Positions 27,477 to 40,369 of a DNA stretch of 64,000 bases are shown piece after piece. Each line of letters begins with the position of its first letter. Position 1 is the first letter of the stretch. Under the pieces are notes generated by a model. It had not been told where the DNA came from. It saw nothing but the letters and a program-made list of their open reading frames with translations, and made no database searches. A program made the translations under genes and the position numbers. The stretch lies in contig JAYWIR010000024.1 in assembly GCA_036172245.1 (NCBI GenBank), positions 2,046,001 to 2,110,000 of the forward strand, in the 5' to 3' direction. This DNA comes from Raillietiella orientalis (Eukaryota).

Positions 27477-30400
27477 GTCTTCTTGCTCATCCGCTCTTGT
27501 GACTTCTCGGAATTTCAGGTTCACTTCTCATTTCATTGCAGTGATTTAGTGGTATTGTGCCTAATTCTGTGTTCGTAAAGAGTTGCACTTCTGCATGATC
27601 GACGAAAAGCGCGCGCGCTGGAGGCGTCCAGAATTTCCGTGAAAGGAATGCCTTTGGTGGGTCGTGCCAATATAAACAGCTTTCCTGTTCGTGAGGTCTG
27701 GAAAATGGGATAAGGCTGCAGTCCGCGAAACCACGCAGCTGCAAGCATAGTGAGGGTCTCCGAATGGGCGCTTAGGAAAGTCAGTCAGTGTAGCTAATCT
27801 CCCCATGCAGGAGCAAGAAGTCAGCATTTTGATAACTTCCTACTAGAAAATCCATCTATTATTTCAAAGAAGACACGTCTCATTCGTATGGAATTGTGAA
27901 GAGCGTTCACTTGATCGACGAATGGAGTTCAGTACTGAGGTCTCTCTACCCACTCTGCATCAGCATTCCTGATGCTGCTCCTGACAGCGGCTAGGCAAGG
28001 AAGGCATCAAGCATGCATGTTAATTGAGAGTTTTAGGGGTCCATCACAAGGATCCAGGGAAAGATCGTCCATCCATTTCGATTCAGGCTGTGGTAGAGTG
28101 AATATTGGCTCATCAATATTCACGCCACCACAGCCCGAGATCCTTTCACTTGAGAAGACACGTTCTAATCTGCAAATGGGGCTTCTCTAGCTGATTGGAC
28201 TCAACCGAGAGCCTAGATCTTGACGGGCAGAATTTCCTCTGGCTACGAGAAGAGGTAGTCCGCTTCGTGCTCGTAAGGGGAGATGTCCTGCAAAACAGCC
28301 GGTTCTTCACTTTAGAAAACGGTGGAACTTGGATCAAAACTTTGGGATGTGCGGAATCCAATAACCATCTGGAACCAGTCTATCCATGGCGGATTTAAGA
28401 ACCGGACTGCTTTGGCATCAGTTATGTAACAGTAGCCCGTACCCATCGACCTATCCCGTCTTTCTGGTGCTGTGCCTTTTGAAAACTATGAAATTCAACT
28501 TCTTTGGCAACGCCTGCCAAGAAGCTCATTGGAGGTATTGGCCCGAGAGCAAACGCCGGAGTCAGCATTCTGATCGTCGGAGTCCGCTTCAGGGCATTCT
28601 CAAGATGGCGTGCATCGGAAGATGCCGTAGGAAGGTGGCTGAGAAACCTTGGATGAATTCCCGGTTGGCGAGACTCTCACCTGATTGTTCTCCAAGACCG
28701 TACGTGCATGGAAGGCAGGATTCTTCCACTGAGCTCTCAGTTTCGAAAAGATGGATGGGTTAAAGGATGCTCCGCAGTCTGCGGAGCATCCGTTATCCCT
28801 GTTCCAAGTTCCATTTCTGTTTTCCCTGCTTTGGAAAAGGCGCACAAACAGTTGGAAGGCATCGTGAAGAGGTCTTTCTGATGCCGTCCGATGGGAAGAA
28901 TAAACAGAAGTGTTCGCGCTGAGAATCACGCGATACTGAACCCGCTGAAAACGAGAAAGACGGAAATGTCGGTTTCCTCTGGTATCTTCAGGCTCATGTC
29001 TCGACTCCACTCGACGGCTGCTGCAGGATCATGTCTCAAGCTTGTTGCCAAGAATCCGAGTCGTTTCCTTTGAAAGCCTGGAGCGATCGGTTCGACTTCT
29101 TTCTGTCAGAACACGCATTGTTTCGGTGGAATCCGAAGAAATGAACGGGAAAACCTAAATGGCACAGCCCGTTTCCATGGGAACAACTCGATTTCTGAGT
29201 TGCCAGTACAACAGTCTGCCATCGCAGGTGCCAGTACAAGCCGCGCTTCAGGAGTCGTGCTCTTCCTAAGCTCATGGAGACGAGCGTCTCTCCTATCTCC
29301 GGTATCAGCGTGAAGAGTTACAACAACAAGGAACCCAGGTTGCTGCGAATCATTAAAAGAAATTCTGTCGGCGGATCGTCCTCTCCTGGTGTGTTCCATT
29401 TGGGAACCATCAATGGCTCTCCATTTTGCGAAGGTCTCTTGTGACGCGCGCGATCCTATTCTATCGTGGGAGCAACTGCCTGAGAGGAAGCTGACCATCT
29501 GATGTGCATCTTCGAGCGCACCGGACGCCTGCCTCCCTTGTCCAGATGTGCTGCCCCGGATTGCCGGACCCTGTAGTTGGGGTGCCTTCCCCGAAGTTGT
29601 GGGGAAGGAGGCGCTAAGGATTTCACGTGCCCAACTTGAGGTTCTTGATCATTTGTTGTTGTTTTGTTTTCTCTCTTTGCTACCTTTGTCGGCAAACTGC
29701 TCGCGAGCGGCAATCGCCACTCGGCGTGTGTCCGGGCGAAAATTCCTAGATTCCTCCTCGAGCGTTGCTGAAAGGCACGCGCAAGCAGGAGAAACAGGCG
29801 GACCGACGGGAAGGCAGCGGAAACGTGGCGGCGTGGCGCGCCGCGGTGCGGCCGAGCGGGCAACGCCCCTCCGCGGGGTGGGAGCCGCGCCAGAGGAGGA
29901 GGCCGAGACGGAGGCGACCCTCCTGTTGATTCGGCGCTCGAGAAGCACGCTGGGGGGTTTCGCGTTTCCGGAAGCGCGCCTGTCGAGGCGGATCGGTTTC
30001 GCTCGAGTCTGGAAGCAACCGGGAGAGGATTTTTCCACGCACGCGCGTATCAACGACGTTCCGTGATATCACCGTCGGCGTTCGAAATGGGAAAGAGGAG
30101 AGCAGATCGCCATTTCATCTTAAGATGAGCACGGATTTAGAAACTGGAAAACCAGGAGTTCTGGGAATGAAGGAAGGATCGGGATGAGATGTGGAAAAGT
30201 GGAATTCCAAGGCAGATCTCGGGAAAACGGCATGAAACGCACGTAAACAAAATGGACGACAACGACGAGGAAGACGAGAAGATGCTGGGGCACGCGGAGA
30301 AGTGGGAAGGAGCAGAATCGACGCCATTATGGACGGTTTGGAAAACTCATTCCTGCTTCCCCTCTTAAGAATGTCAGTGCAGCAACAACAAATGGTCGCA

Positions 30401-30799
30401 TTCTGCAAACAGCAGCAGCGTTCCCACTGAAGGGAAACCATCCTTTCAAGAGACCCAGCACACTCCGGTACCCTGGGTGTATGGATGTATGAAGTATCCT
30501 GGGTGTATGGAGTTCTGGACATTCCAGAAGCACTGACAGCATTCCTCCTGTACATAGAGAACACAGCTTCTCATTTATTCAAGGTTCTTTATATTGCACT
30601 GCACCCAATGAACCATGTGGAATTCACTTGTACTCAAGACGTTGGTTCCATCGGTTCTTTGGGCATGTGGTACCACTTTCTCTGCGCTTGGTTTCGTGGA
30701 CGAATGTGAGAGCACGGTCGTTGTATTGGCTGCGTAGGCCCCATCTGCTTCCACCACTGCTTTCTTGCCACTTGACGATGGGGGAGGTGCCGCCGTAGC

Positions 30800-31400
30800 G
30801 ATGTCACCATCACCTCCTTGGTTTCCTGGCGGTGGTCACTCGAGTTTCTGATAATTTCTGTTTCTCTCTGCTGTCGTATCCCGTGCAGCCGGACAGACCG
30901 TTTGCCGTTCCACTTTGCGCGGTGGTTCCGGCGACACCCGCCGCTGTGGCAGGAAAGTTGCCACCGTGGTCACCAGTCGTTGCGTTCCCCTTTGGCGCTT
31001 GTCGTCCCTGTCGTTTCATCCCGTTGCATGGTGCCACGGTTGACTCTTTGATGGCGCGTGAATGTGGGAGGAGACTCCATTTTCTTATTTGAGTACTCAG
31101 CGCTAAGTATTGACCTGGTCGGTCTGCGACCTTTCTTCGTGTTTTTCGTAACTGCCAAAAAAATGTTAAAAGAGTGCTATAGGAGTGGTCCATTGTCAGC
31201 TGCATTCGCTTAGCTGAGGTCGTGTCTAGAATCCCCATGCCCTTTTCGAGCTTCACGAAGATCATCAACGTCATTCATGCAGGTGTGCTCTCATCTCCAA
31301 TTAAAGCGATCTTCAGATCAGTGCCATCATCGTTTGCGTCGATTTCATTGGTGCCTCTTTTCTTGTGAAGTGCGGATACTTCAAAATTCGCCCTTCAGGG
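30800..31400 (-). mobile_element. Possible LTR-retrotransposon (Copia-like) gag remnant
   Basis: The minus frame IFVKLEKGMGI...DHSYSTLLT is followed by a degraded Cys/His knuckle-like stretch around 30910-30960. Frameshifted; no LTR found. Confidence 0.25.
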
Positions 31401-31829
31401 GTCGAGGGTTTTCTCTTTGTCGCGGCCCCATGTGGATGTTGTATGTCGACTCGCGAGTCAGAGAAAGACGGCCAAATATTACAGGTACTTGTGCAGAATT
31501 GCCAGACTGTGCGATTAGGGAAAACAGATCATTGTAACAAGGCATCGTATCGTGCAACATATCACTTTCCCCAGTCAACAAGATTGCAGTTTATTTGCAA
31601 GCCCCTACAAACGCAACGCCCTTTAATAGGGAAAGTGGCGTTTGTTGTTTCGCTCGCACTCGAGACGGATTTTCAAGCAAAAAATAAAACCTGTGAACCC
31701 TGGCTTCCTTTTATGCGTAAACTGGAAGATTATCTTTCGCTCTTTTCCCAAGCTGGAGCCAACAAGCACCCATCTGCTTTCTTGTTCACTGGACGGGTGC
31801 TCCACTTTACGCACCCAAGTGGACCCGGA

Positions 31830-32300
31830 TGTTGACGAAGAGCGTCGCAGCGACCCTCACCTGGAGTGCCACGAAGGACGTGATCTCGTTACTTCCCGAT
31901 GCAATGACCTCCAGCTGGGGAAGACGGAAGTACTCGTGCTCACGATCAGGGACGTATGGATGTGGCGTTGGCACACTCTTGAGAGTGATGAGAATTCCCT
32001 GGAGCATGGTGTCGACGAGTGCGATGGATGCCCTCTTGAAGACGCTGTATTTTTGTTCTTCTCGGAGATTTCGGAAAGCAACCCTAAAACGTATAACGGC
32101 CTTCAGAGCAAATCATGGAGGAATTTTGTTCCCTTCCGCGTTGCCGCCGCGTGTTAGTCGCAGTTGGTTCCGGAAGACATTGCTTGGCGCGCACTCGCCC
32201 GATCTTCTGCCTGAAGAATTCTCGTACACGCGCTGGGCGTCGCTGTCGAAATGCGGTCGCATTGCTGGGGCTCGAAAAGAACTCCGTTTCAGAAGGGAGA
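31830..32300 (-). mobile_element. CR1/L2-like RT N-terminal remnant
   Basis: VREFFRQKIGRVR (FFxxKIxxIR motif) followed by SLIVSTSTSVFPSWR (IxNxSLxxGxFPxxWK-like). Broken frames. Confidence 0.35.
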
Positions 32301-32634
32301 GATTCGGGTGACGCATGGGGGGAAAAAGACACGTCCCCAAGTGCAGTCGCTGGTTCCCCTGGGAGAGATCGATTCCCGGCGCAAGCAAGCAGCGGGACGC
32401 GCGAGTCCACTTGATTTTGGTGACACTTACGTTTTTGATCTGATGACGTCCTCGAGGACCAATGTCAATTCGTTTTTCTCGTGTCTGCCGCTGGTGTTCT
32501 GGACAACTTTACGGCAGTGGGGAGAATTGGTACATGAAACTGAGTTCTTTTCTGTCTCGCAGTGCTTCGACACGGTTCCACGCCATCCGAGGGTGGGTTA
32601 TTCTTCAAGATAGGGGGTAGCCAGGGAGGGGACT

Positions 32635-33100
32635 GAATGAATCCAGGAAGGACTCGGAGTCCGTTCCTCTCACGCCTAGGTAGGAATCTCAGGAAATGGG
32701 GATCACTTCATTCTGGTTGTCTCCGAAGGGGAATCCCGAAGGAAATCTCCTTCCTTATTCTCTCCGGAGGACCCCCAGCGGGGTCCGCTCCACTCTTTCT
32801 TCTCCGAAGGGAACCCGGAAAGGATCCGCTCCTGGAATTTCTTCTCTGGAGGGATCCCCCGCAAGGGATTTGCTACTCTTTACTCCTCTGAAGAGAAGGT
32901 GACGCTTCCGAAATTCAGAAGGACGCAGTTTCCCCGAAGGGATCATCTCTCGTCTCTGCACTCTTTGGAGTGGAGGTGGCGACACACCTACTCTATCCGT
33001 ACGACGCGGAGGGTCCCCCCAGAATGGGGTCCGCTTCTTCACAACCGGAGGGGAGCTCCCGTTCCGTGATTCCTGGAAGGACCCGGAGGTCGGCTCTTAT
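32635..33100 (+). repeat. Internally repetitive GGAAGG/CCGGA-rich segment; homologue of the leader at 38990-39190 (minus)
   Basis: atgaatccaggaagg...ttccttattctctccggagg...gaacccggaaaggatccgctcctggaatttcttctc matches the reverse complement of 38990-39190. The sub-unit ccgaagg/ccggaagg recurs several times. Confidence 0.75.
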
Positions 33101-33189
33101 TTGTCCCGGCCCTCATCGGGGACATCTGGTTCCAACAGCTACCAGTGCCGCACCCGGATAAATGTGGGCCAACCAGCGTCATCTTGTGG

Positions 33190-33295
33190 GGTGAACTCGG
33201 AACCCACGACTCACTGCGTCGATTCCTTCGGAGTATTCGAACCCACGACGCATGGTGTCACGCGCGGAGACCACCGTAACCACACGGCCTCTGAC
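33190..33295 (-). mobile_element. tRNA-derived SINE-like head with duplicated B-box
   Basis: The minus strand reads aggccgtgtggttacgg (A-box-like) ... gtcgtgggttcgaatac (B-box-like), then a second gtcgtgggttccgagttc. No clean cloverleaf. Confidence 0.4.
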
Positions 33296-34449
33296 GCGGG
33301 CGTGCTACTGAGATAGGGCACCTGTAGTATGTACCCAGGGATCCCAATACGCATTCCTTGTCCATGCGTATTAGGTGCAGTGCGGTTCTTGATGTGTTGA
33401 AACATAAATCCAAGGCGCTGTCTAAGCAGCACCTGCCTCGATGGTGCATCCTCAGCATCAGAAGCTGATTCTCCGTGAGAATATCTAGAAGGAGACGAGA
33501 GCGAGTCTCGTTACGCAGATTCTTTTGATTTTCCGGATACAGTTTTACCAAAAGGTTTCCTCTGAATTTTTAGGGCAAGTATGTATCACCTGAATCCAGA
33601 AGAACACTCAAAAATGCGTGGCCATTGCTTTTCCTTTCGTTAGTATTTACCGCAAAGACTGCTGGTTTTGTGGGGAAGTCGAGAAGATGTAGAAAAACAG
33701 GTATAAGCAGATGCAAGCTGTGCATTTTGTCACGGAGCGATCGACGGCAATTACTTTGCCCGATACTGCCACGTGCGAGGAGGTGCAAATGCCGAAGGTG
33801 ACCTGCTGATGCTAACATGCAACTGGCGCGAGTATCTGCCACTCGTTTCCTCAATCTGCCGCTCACTCCATTTCCTCAAAGTTCGAGAGCGACGCTTCTG
33901 CAGCAGTTACAGGAAGAACGCTGATCCAGGCACACTGCTTGGTGCAGAGTTCCCGTAGGTTCCTACATTTCCTCTGCCTCAGGCGTTCACGGGAAGGGGC
34001 GGACGCTTTCTGACCACTCCATAGCTAAACTGAATGAGTGGTCAATCACTTTGTGTCCATATCAAATTTTTGAACCTCGTTATTCTCATCTCAGGTTTCT
34101 TCGGCTTCTTGCTCCATGGGAGCGTTCCTAACGGTGCCCACATCACCATGAACACGACGACTTCACTCGTTTTCCCCATTCCTCCCTCATTCCATAATCT
34201 CAGAGTTGCTGCGTTTCCTCTCTTGTTGCGGAACTGGATCGTGTTGCAATGGGTGTGTCATCTTCCTCCCCCTTTTTCCATTTCACGTGAAATGAAGAAC
34301 TTTTGTCGAACGGGTGATGAATTTCTCTTATCCCCCCCCCCCCGTCTTTAACGGGGTCGAAAAAGGTTTCTTTTATCGAATGACGGAAAACTGAAAATGC
34401 TGACCGTGTCATCGGCTGCTCATGTCAAACGTTCCCTCCATCAAAGGCG

Positions 34450-35300
34450 ACTACATCGAGCGCGCACTGTATACGAGACGAAACTGTACGCAGCAACGCT
34501 GTTGTTGCACGAAACAACCAAACGACAACCCGCTAGAGGCGCTGTGCGCGTGGGTGCCAACCGCTCGCGATTTGCCCTTTGCAAAAAGTGCCGCTCGACT
34601 ATCAGGCGTTTGCGAAAAATACCTAATGGCTGTGAAGGATAGGGGCCGCACAGATAGAAGCTTGGAGGGCCGTAGATTGAGTGCCGCCGGCTTAAACGAT
34701 AGAAATTCACAGCTTCCGGCGATCTTCTCCAAGCTCCGGGAAATCCTCGGACAACTCATACGAAGGTGCTTCCGCGACTCCAGTCGCTCGCCTTTGCGGG
34801 AATCACGGACACGGCATTGCTCTTTGACCAGCTGCGTCCTGCCGTTGCTCATGACGGACAGGCGATGCACTCCCGGTGATTGTGGACTGGCGAAGAGCCT
34901 ACACCTTGTGGAAGGCACATTTCTGTACCCACCTGTACATTTCGTGAGCAGTGTCGCAGCTCTCCGCCATCCCAGTACTGGCGCGCTGCACACCCCCGCT
35001 ATCGCACTGCAGGAGAGTTTTACGCGGAAGACAGAGGTTCCCTTGAAGCGGTTGCTCCGGTCGCCGGAGATGCCCCTGTGCGAGTCGCCGTTCCCTCGTG
35101 CGTGCAAGCGGAACGCGACTGGTGAGCGAATTTCGACACACTCGGCGTCCTGTGTGCGCCCCGTGAGCGGGAGACACTTTCCTGCACTGGATCGGGAACA
35201 TTCTTTCTTGCCAATTGAATCTGGGAAGAGTGACGCCTGAGGAACGTGAAAGAATTCTGCTACCCGGAAGGCTGATGAAGAGGAGGAAGCGGACATCATT
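34450..35300 (-). mobile_element. Degenerate L1/Tx1-like RT N-terminal fragment
   Basis: QSPGVHRL (KSPGxDG-like) and NLRPSKLLSVRPLSFTAIRYFSQTPDSR (NxRPISLLNxDYKIxAKxLAxR-like) in the 282-aa minus ORF. Confidence 0.4.
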
Positions 35301-35404
35301 TTTTGGAGGATTCACTACGTACTAGGGAACCGTTCTCGCCTAGAGGGCATACGAAACTCTTCCACCCTTCCGAGGAGGCGTGCTAACTCTTCAAGTTAGA
35401 TTTA

Positions 35405-36590
35405 TCACCCGGTCATGCCGGGACGTTTATTAGAAAAAATAAACATAATCTGTAGGGCCATTGGCCTTACATTGTCCGAAAATGCTCAGAGCCTGCCGAG
35501 TAACCGGCACGCAGGCCGGCGAGATTCGCCTCGACAGTGTAGAGGGAGGGGACAAACAAAAAATAAAAAAAAAGTATATAGAAAAATTGGGAGGGTTATG
35601 GAAAGGATCACCGGGTGCTGGAGGGCGTCCTCTGCATCCTTTCCAGGATGCCGGCAAGTTCCATCCGAGTATGCCCCAGGTGAGGCCATCTAGCTGTCGT
35701 CCGTAGGAAGCGCAGAGAGAAGCAGATGGCGTCCTCAACGCGCCGTCCTCCTCTCGCGTAGCTCCAGGTTGCCACAATCGCGCGTAGGCAGCAAAGAGCT
35801 TCTAGGGCTGCCGCAGGCGAAAGGCCATCGCGCACGAAGAGGGGCTTCAAGACGTCTCTGGGATTGTCCTTTGATGCACCAAGGGGCGTTGCGTAACTCA
35901 ACCACAGGGGCCACAGTCTACAAGCAGATGCGGGAGGGATTCTCGTTCTCCGCACCTGCAACAGTTGGGGTCCACAGCCCCCCGGGTCCAGTGAGACCGG
36001 CGGTTGTTCAAGGGATACTTCAGTGCATCAGCGCCGACTCCTGCCACTTCAATGGGTCGGTTAGAGGGTGTGTCCATCCAAAAACGCTGGAAGCCACTGC
36101 AGATCTTCCACCGGAACTCCCAATAGCTCGCCCCAGCGCAATAGTGCTTTCGGTGGGGCACTTAGGGTCTCAGCGTCCGTGAGCTGGCCTGTGGTCCAAC
36201 CATCTAATTCCTTCGCTCTTCTTCCGATCTCACATCGGACCTCCCATTTGAGCGGCTGGTTACTGCCCAAGTGCTCCCTGAGGGAGTGCAGTGCCGCGGA
36301 TAGAAAGGCTTTTTGCACCTACGCATACGTGGTGGACTACATGATGACGTCCTGTAGCGAGTCGTTGTTGTAGGAGTGCAGCAGACGCTTCTCCAGGTTC
36401 GTTCTTGGCACATGTACGAATCTCCGCCCACCCCTCTAGCCACGGCGCTGCCATTCCTAAGGAGGACCCTCATCAGCGGCTCGACACCGAAGTGGCAAGT
36501 CTCCTGTCGGATCGCGGGCAGAGAGAAGAAGATGAGCGGTTGGACCATAGGAGAGCTGTCGGATGCCACGACCCCGTGTGTCCTTTAGCG
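35405..36590 (-). mobile_element. Tx1/L1-like ORF2 3' end plus 3' UTR (decayed)
   Basis: DPNCCRCGERESLPHLLVDC (zf-RVT) and ARWPHLGHTRMELAGILERM, then a T-rich UTR, AATAAA and terminal CCCGGCATGACCGGG. Confidence 0.75.
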
Positions 36591-37346
36591 AGGGATTTTA
36601 AGATGGGGTGAGCGGCTGGGCATCCCGACGGAAGACCTGAAGTGGACCCCGGTGTTGAATGGTTCCAGGATTCTCCCCCTCAAGTGGCAAGAGTCGGCGC
36701 TCCTGTTGTTCCATTGGGGTCTACCCTTCAACGCCTGCCGCTTCCACTGTACATGGGGGAGAGTAAACCCTGAGTGTGCCAGGTGGGGGGAGCGGGAGTC
36801 TCTCTTCCACCTGATAGTTGACAGTCCTGCTCTCCGGCTCCTCTGGGAATGTTTCGGGACGACCCTCCGGATCCCGGCTGGCAGCCCCCCAGAGACTTTT
36901 CGGCTCCTCTTCGTGCGGGATGCTCTGCGACCAGCCGCAGCCCTTGCAGCACTTTGCTGCGTTCCAAAGGATTGTGGCAGCATGGAGACGCCAGCATAGG
37001 AAACAACGAAAGGGATGCCATCGAGTCTGCAGTCTGCTTCCTGCAAATTGCAGCCCGGTGGCCCCACCTGGGAAACATTCGGATGGACCTCGAGGGCATC
37101 CTGCAAAGGATGGACACTCCCGCAAGAGGACAGTGATCCCTTCCCGGCCCTCCAAAGTGTTTCTTTTCTTAATTTTTGTTTTATTTTTCTTTTTGTTTTT
37201 CCCCCATCCCTCTCCGTTGCCGAGGAGAGTCGAGTCGGTCTGCGTACCGGCGACCCAGCAAGTCCCATGATGTGTTGGTCGTAGTGGGGCCTTGTACCAC
37301 AAATGTATAGAAGAGTTTTAAATGGAAGCCCCGGCGTGACCGGGTG
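36590..37346 (+). mobile_element. Second copy of the same Tx1/L1-like 3' end, in opposite orientation
   Basis: RILPLKWQESALLLFHWGLP..NPECARWGERESLFHLIVDSP..LW and ARWPHLGNIRMDLEGILQRM, then a T-rich UTR ending in CCCGGCGTGACCGGG. Confidence 0.75.
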
Positions 37347-37569
37347 GCAACGCCGCAACCCTCGCTGACTTTTCACTGTCGCGGGGCTGTCGGCGCTGTT
37401 GCACACGGCAACGTCCATTTTGCACGGCTTCGCGGCGACAGGAATGCACTGCGGGTTAAGCGTGCATTTTAAGTCCTGAAACCGCGTTTTTCGTGATTTC
37501 TTTGGAGGTCGATTTATGTTTTTTTCTTTGTTTGTAGCTGACCATTTGCCAGACAGACTGATCTCCTTC

Positions 37570-39200
37570 ACTCCACTTCGGCAGCCTGCGTTTCCACAGC
37601 CGAAGTGGTCGACATGGTTTTTTCGACTGACTTCAGGTCAGCCTTTCTATCGTTCTTTGACCTGGTTTTGCCAGGGTTTTCCGCTCCGCGCTTGTTTTGC
37701 TGCTCGTAGCAGCCGGACCGCGTGGAACCTTTTGTAGACACACTTCTTCGGTGTGATCTTCGTGATAATCGTACTCTATCAAAGATCCTGATGAAGTATG
37801 ATTTTCAGTGTGCACCTTCGTATCGCACTGGCGGCATGCGATGTTGGAGCATCTTTTTTTGGGGGTACCCCATGGCCTCGCCATTGCCGCAGCTCTTAGA
37901 CCTCCCCAAGTACCAGAGGTCGATGGGTTCTCCAACGACCACCAGTTTATGGGGAAGCTTAAGTCCTCGATGCAAACCGCGGCGGGTCCACTAAGGATCC
38001 CGTCAAATACGCGGAATCTGTTGGGCTTTGCCCACAGCGAGTGGACGATGCCAAATTTTTCGAGTACTTCCCGTACGGCGCACGGTGGCATCCGTACGGT
38101 AATGTCTTTTAGATATAAAACGATGGAGTCGTCCACCGGAACAGGAAAGTTCTTGCGTTTCTCGATCTTCACGGGGGTACGCAGCAGTCTTCGTGTTAGA
38201 CCCACCTCCTTGCAGGTCAGCTCTACGTGCTGACCGCTTCTGATCGTAAGCTTCGTCAGATCTTTCTTCCTCACGTTCAATCTGCATAGCTCCTCCTCGA
38301 AGGAACGCGCAGTGAGATCATCGAAAACCATGTCTACAGTGTAGAGTAGGCTAAGGTTGTATCCGTAGGCCTTGTAGGCCTCGGCCTAGGCCATGGCCGC
38401 TGCAGAGGGCGCGGTGACCACGGCGCTATATTCCCTCGCCGGAGCGGTGGATGAAGCTTCGAGAGCGGATGCTCCCACCTCCTTGGGTACGGAGGACGAT
38501 CATTCAACGTCTCTCTGACACTTTTTCGTGGTTGATTCAGGCATTTCTGCCTCCCTTCCACCACTGAAGCAACGCGACAACACCAAGTAAATCCAGGAGC
38601 GGGGAGCGCTAACAAAACACGTCCGAATCCGACCGCGGTACAACGCGAACTTGAGTGAGCCCCCTGAAGAACTCGTGGTCCCTTACTCGTCCTGGAATGT
38701 TCTCCTGGACAAGAAAGATCCGCTTCTCCGGGAGAAGGGACTGATTCCCTGAAACACTTGCGTGGGTGGACGAGAAAGAGGACGAGTGACGCGAGAATCC
38801 TACAACCTCAGGAAAAGACAGTCTCTTCCCTTTTTCGGAAGATTCGAGGAGGACAGAGAGCAAGCAGCACACGCTAATTAACAGAATGAGGACGCGGAAG
38901 CTTACTTGCAAACCGACCGCTGAGCAACTTTCCGTCGAAATTTCGACAGGACTCGCGCACGACAGAGCACGTGAGGGAACATCGAAAAGTCAGGGAATTC
39001 CCCCGGAATTTTCCGCCGGAGAAGAAATTCCAGGAGAGGATCCTTTCCGGGTTCTCTACGGAGGAGAAATGAGGAGTGACCCCCTTCCAGGTATCCCTCC
39101 GGAGAGAGTAAGGAAGATGGTTCCCTTCGGGCTTTCCTTCCAAGCGTAACGGGAAAGGACTCCCTCCGGAGCCTTCCTGGATTCATAGGGTAGTGGTACC
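37570..39200 (-). mobile_element. Tx1/L1-like 5' end: repetitive leader plus frameshifted ORF1 (RRM-like + CCHC knuckles, ZCCHC3-type)
   Basis: ORF 38331-37633: VREVLEKFGIVHSL..FRVFDGILSG..VCI and KKRCSNIACRQCDTKVH, typical of the Tx1 ORF1 layout. Confidence 0.7.
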
Positions 39201-39339
39201 TTCCCGGGGTACTCCCTAACTTACCCTAAGGGGTTGCACGCACCCATCGGTGGCGTGAACAGTGCTGAAGATCTCCATGAGCACCTCCCGAAGGAGGAGA
39301 ACGGTTCTTTAGAACCAACCTTTCAGACCACCTTGCAAA

Positions 39340-39371
39340 CCAACCAACCAACCAAACAAACAAACAAACAA
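39340..39371 (+). repeat. (CCAA)n/(CAAA)n microsatellite
   Basis: ccaaccaaccaaccaaacaaacaaacaaaca. Confidence 0.85.
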
Positions 39372-39549
39372 TTCTGCGAATTTCTGCGACATTTTCCGTT
39401 AGTCTGTGCAACGGCTTCTAAGAATGATGGCGTGGTTCTGAAGCATCATGGTTCCCATGGAAGCGAATCATTCAAATGCTGACACACAGCACCGAAGCAG
39501 TTACGACAGAGTTGTCGCATTTGGAGATAGATATTCAGCTCCCTAGGCG

Positions 39550-40200
39550 CCAAATAAATTTGCATTCGGCACGCTGGACGCATAACGGGTTGCGAACAGT
39601 TTCTCACGAACAGATGCAAGAACATTCCAAGCAGTCCTTCTTCAAAATGGATGACCATTCTCTAGCATGCAAGAAGTTTTTCTTTGAAGGATCAAAGGCG
39701 TGCATAAAAGGCTGGTGCCTCCGTTGATCAGTTGGAGCGGCTTTGGGGTGCGCACTATGATTGCACATTCAATTCAAGCATGAGATGCGAATGCAAGGAA
39801 GGATTCAAAGCATCAGCTGCAAGAAGCCATGCGCCGCACGTCCTTGGAAAGAGAAATGGGAAAGAGAGGTCCCTGCGAACGACGAATGACCCTCCGCAGT
39901 TTCTCATCCCAGCTTTCAAGACTAGGAATGAATGATTTTCGAAAGGTTCCCATCTGGAATACCCAAGTGGAACATTCCAGAGAGTCGGCATTCCCGATGG
40001 GAGGCGACGAATCTTTCCCATATCGGGAGAGCACGCGTGGAAGCAGAAAACCCAGGGGGTGAGGCTGACCTTTTCTCTGGATTCGAAAGCAGGATCGATC
40101 CACAAAGAAGCCGCGCGAATCCAGAGGGACTCCGAAGGTGGTTCGGCTGGCTAGAAGGCGCGACCTTCGCGGTCAGTCAAAGAGGGGAGAACTGAAGTTA
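39550..40200 (+). mobile_element. Degenerate RT core fragment
   Basis: LRTVSHEQMQEHSKQSFF...FFEGSKACIKG resembles AFDxVSHxxL...F...Sx.ING. Many lesions. Confidence 0.3.
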
Positions 40201-40369
40201 CTTCTTTCCGCAGTAACCTAGGAGACGGAGAACTGCAGTGGAGAACGACGGCTTTTCCAAGTGTGTCTCGCGCAGGGCGCGTGCGGCTTGCCTCACCCTG
40301 ACGAGTCCCGTCCGGGTGGTCCCTTCGTCCCTTCGACAGTTTTCCCCAAGTCGCACAAGGGGTGAGATA

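Noticed and set aside
29456..30072. GC-rich overlapping ORFs
   Set aside because: Stop-poor because of composition; no motif or splice structure recognised.
33225..33295. tRNA gene
   Set aside because: A- and B-box-like motifs are present, but no consistent acceptor or anticodon stems; better explained as a SINE head.
36585..37571. 328-aa minus-strand ORF
   Set aside because: Antisense to a Tx1-like 3' end and its T-rich UTR; low-complexity Lys/Arg content and no recognisable domain.
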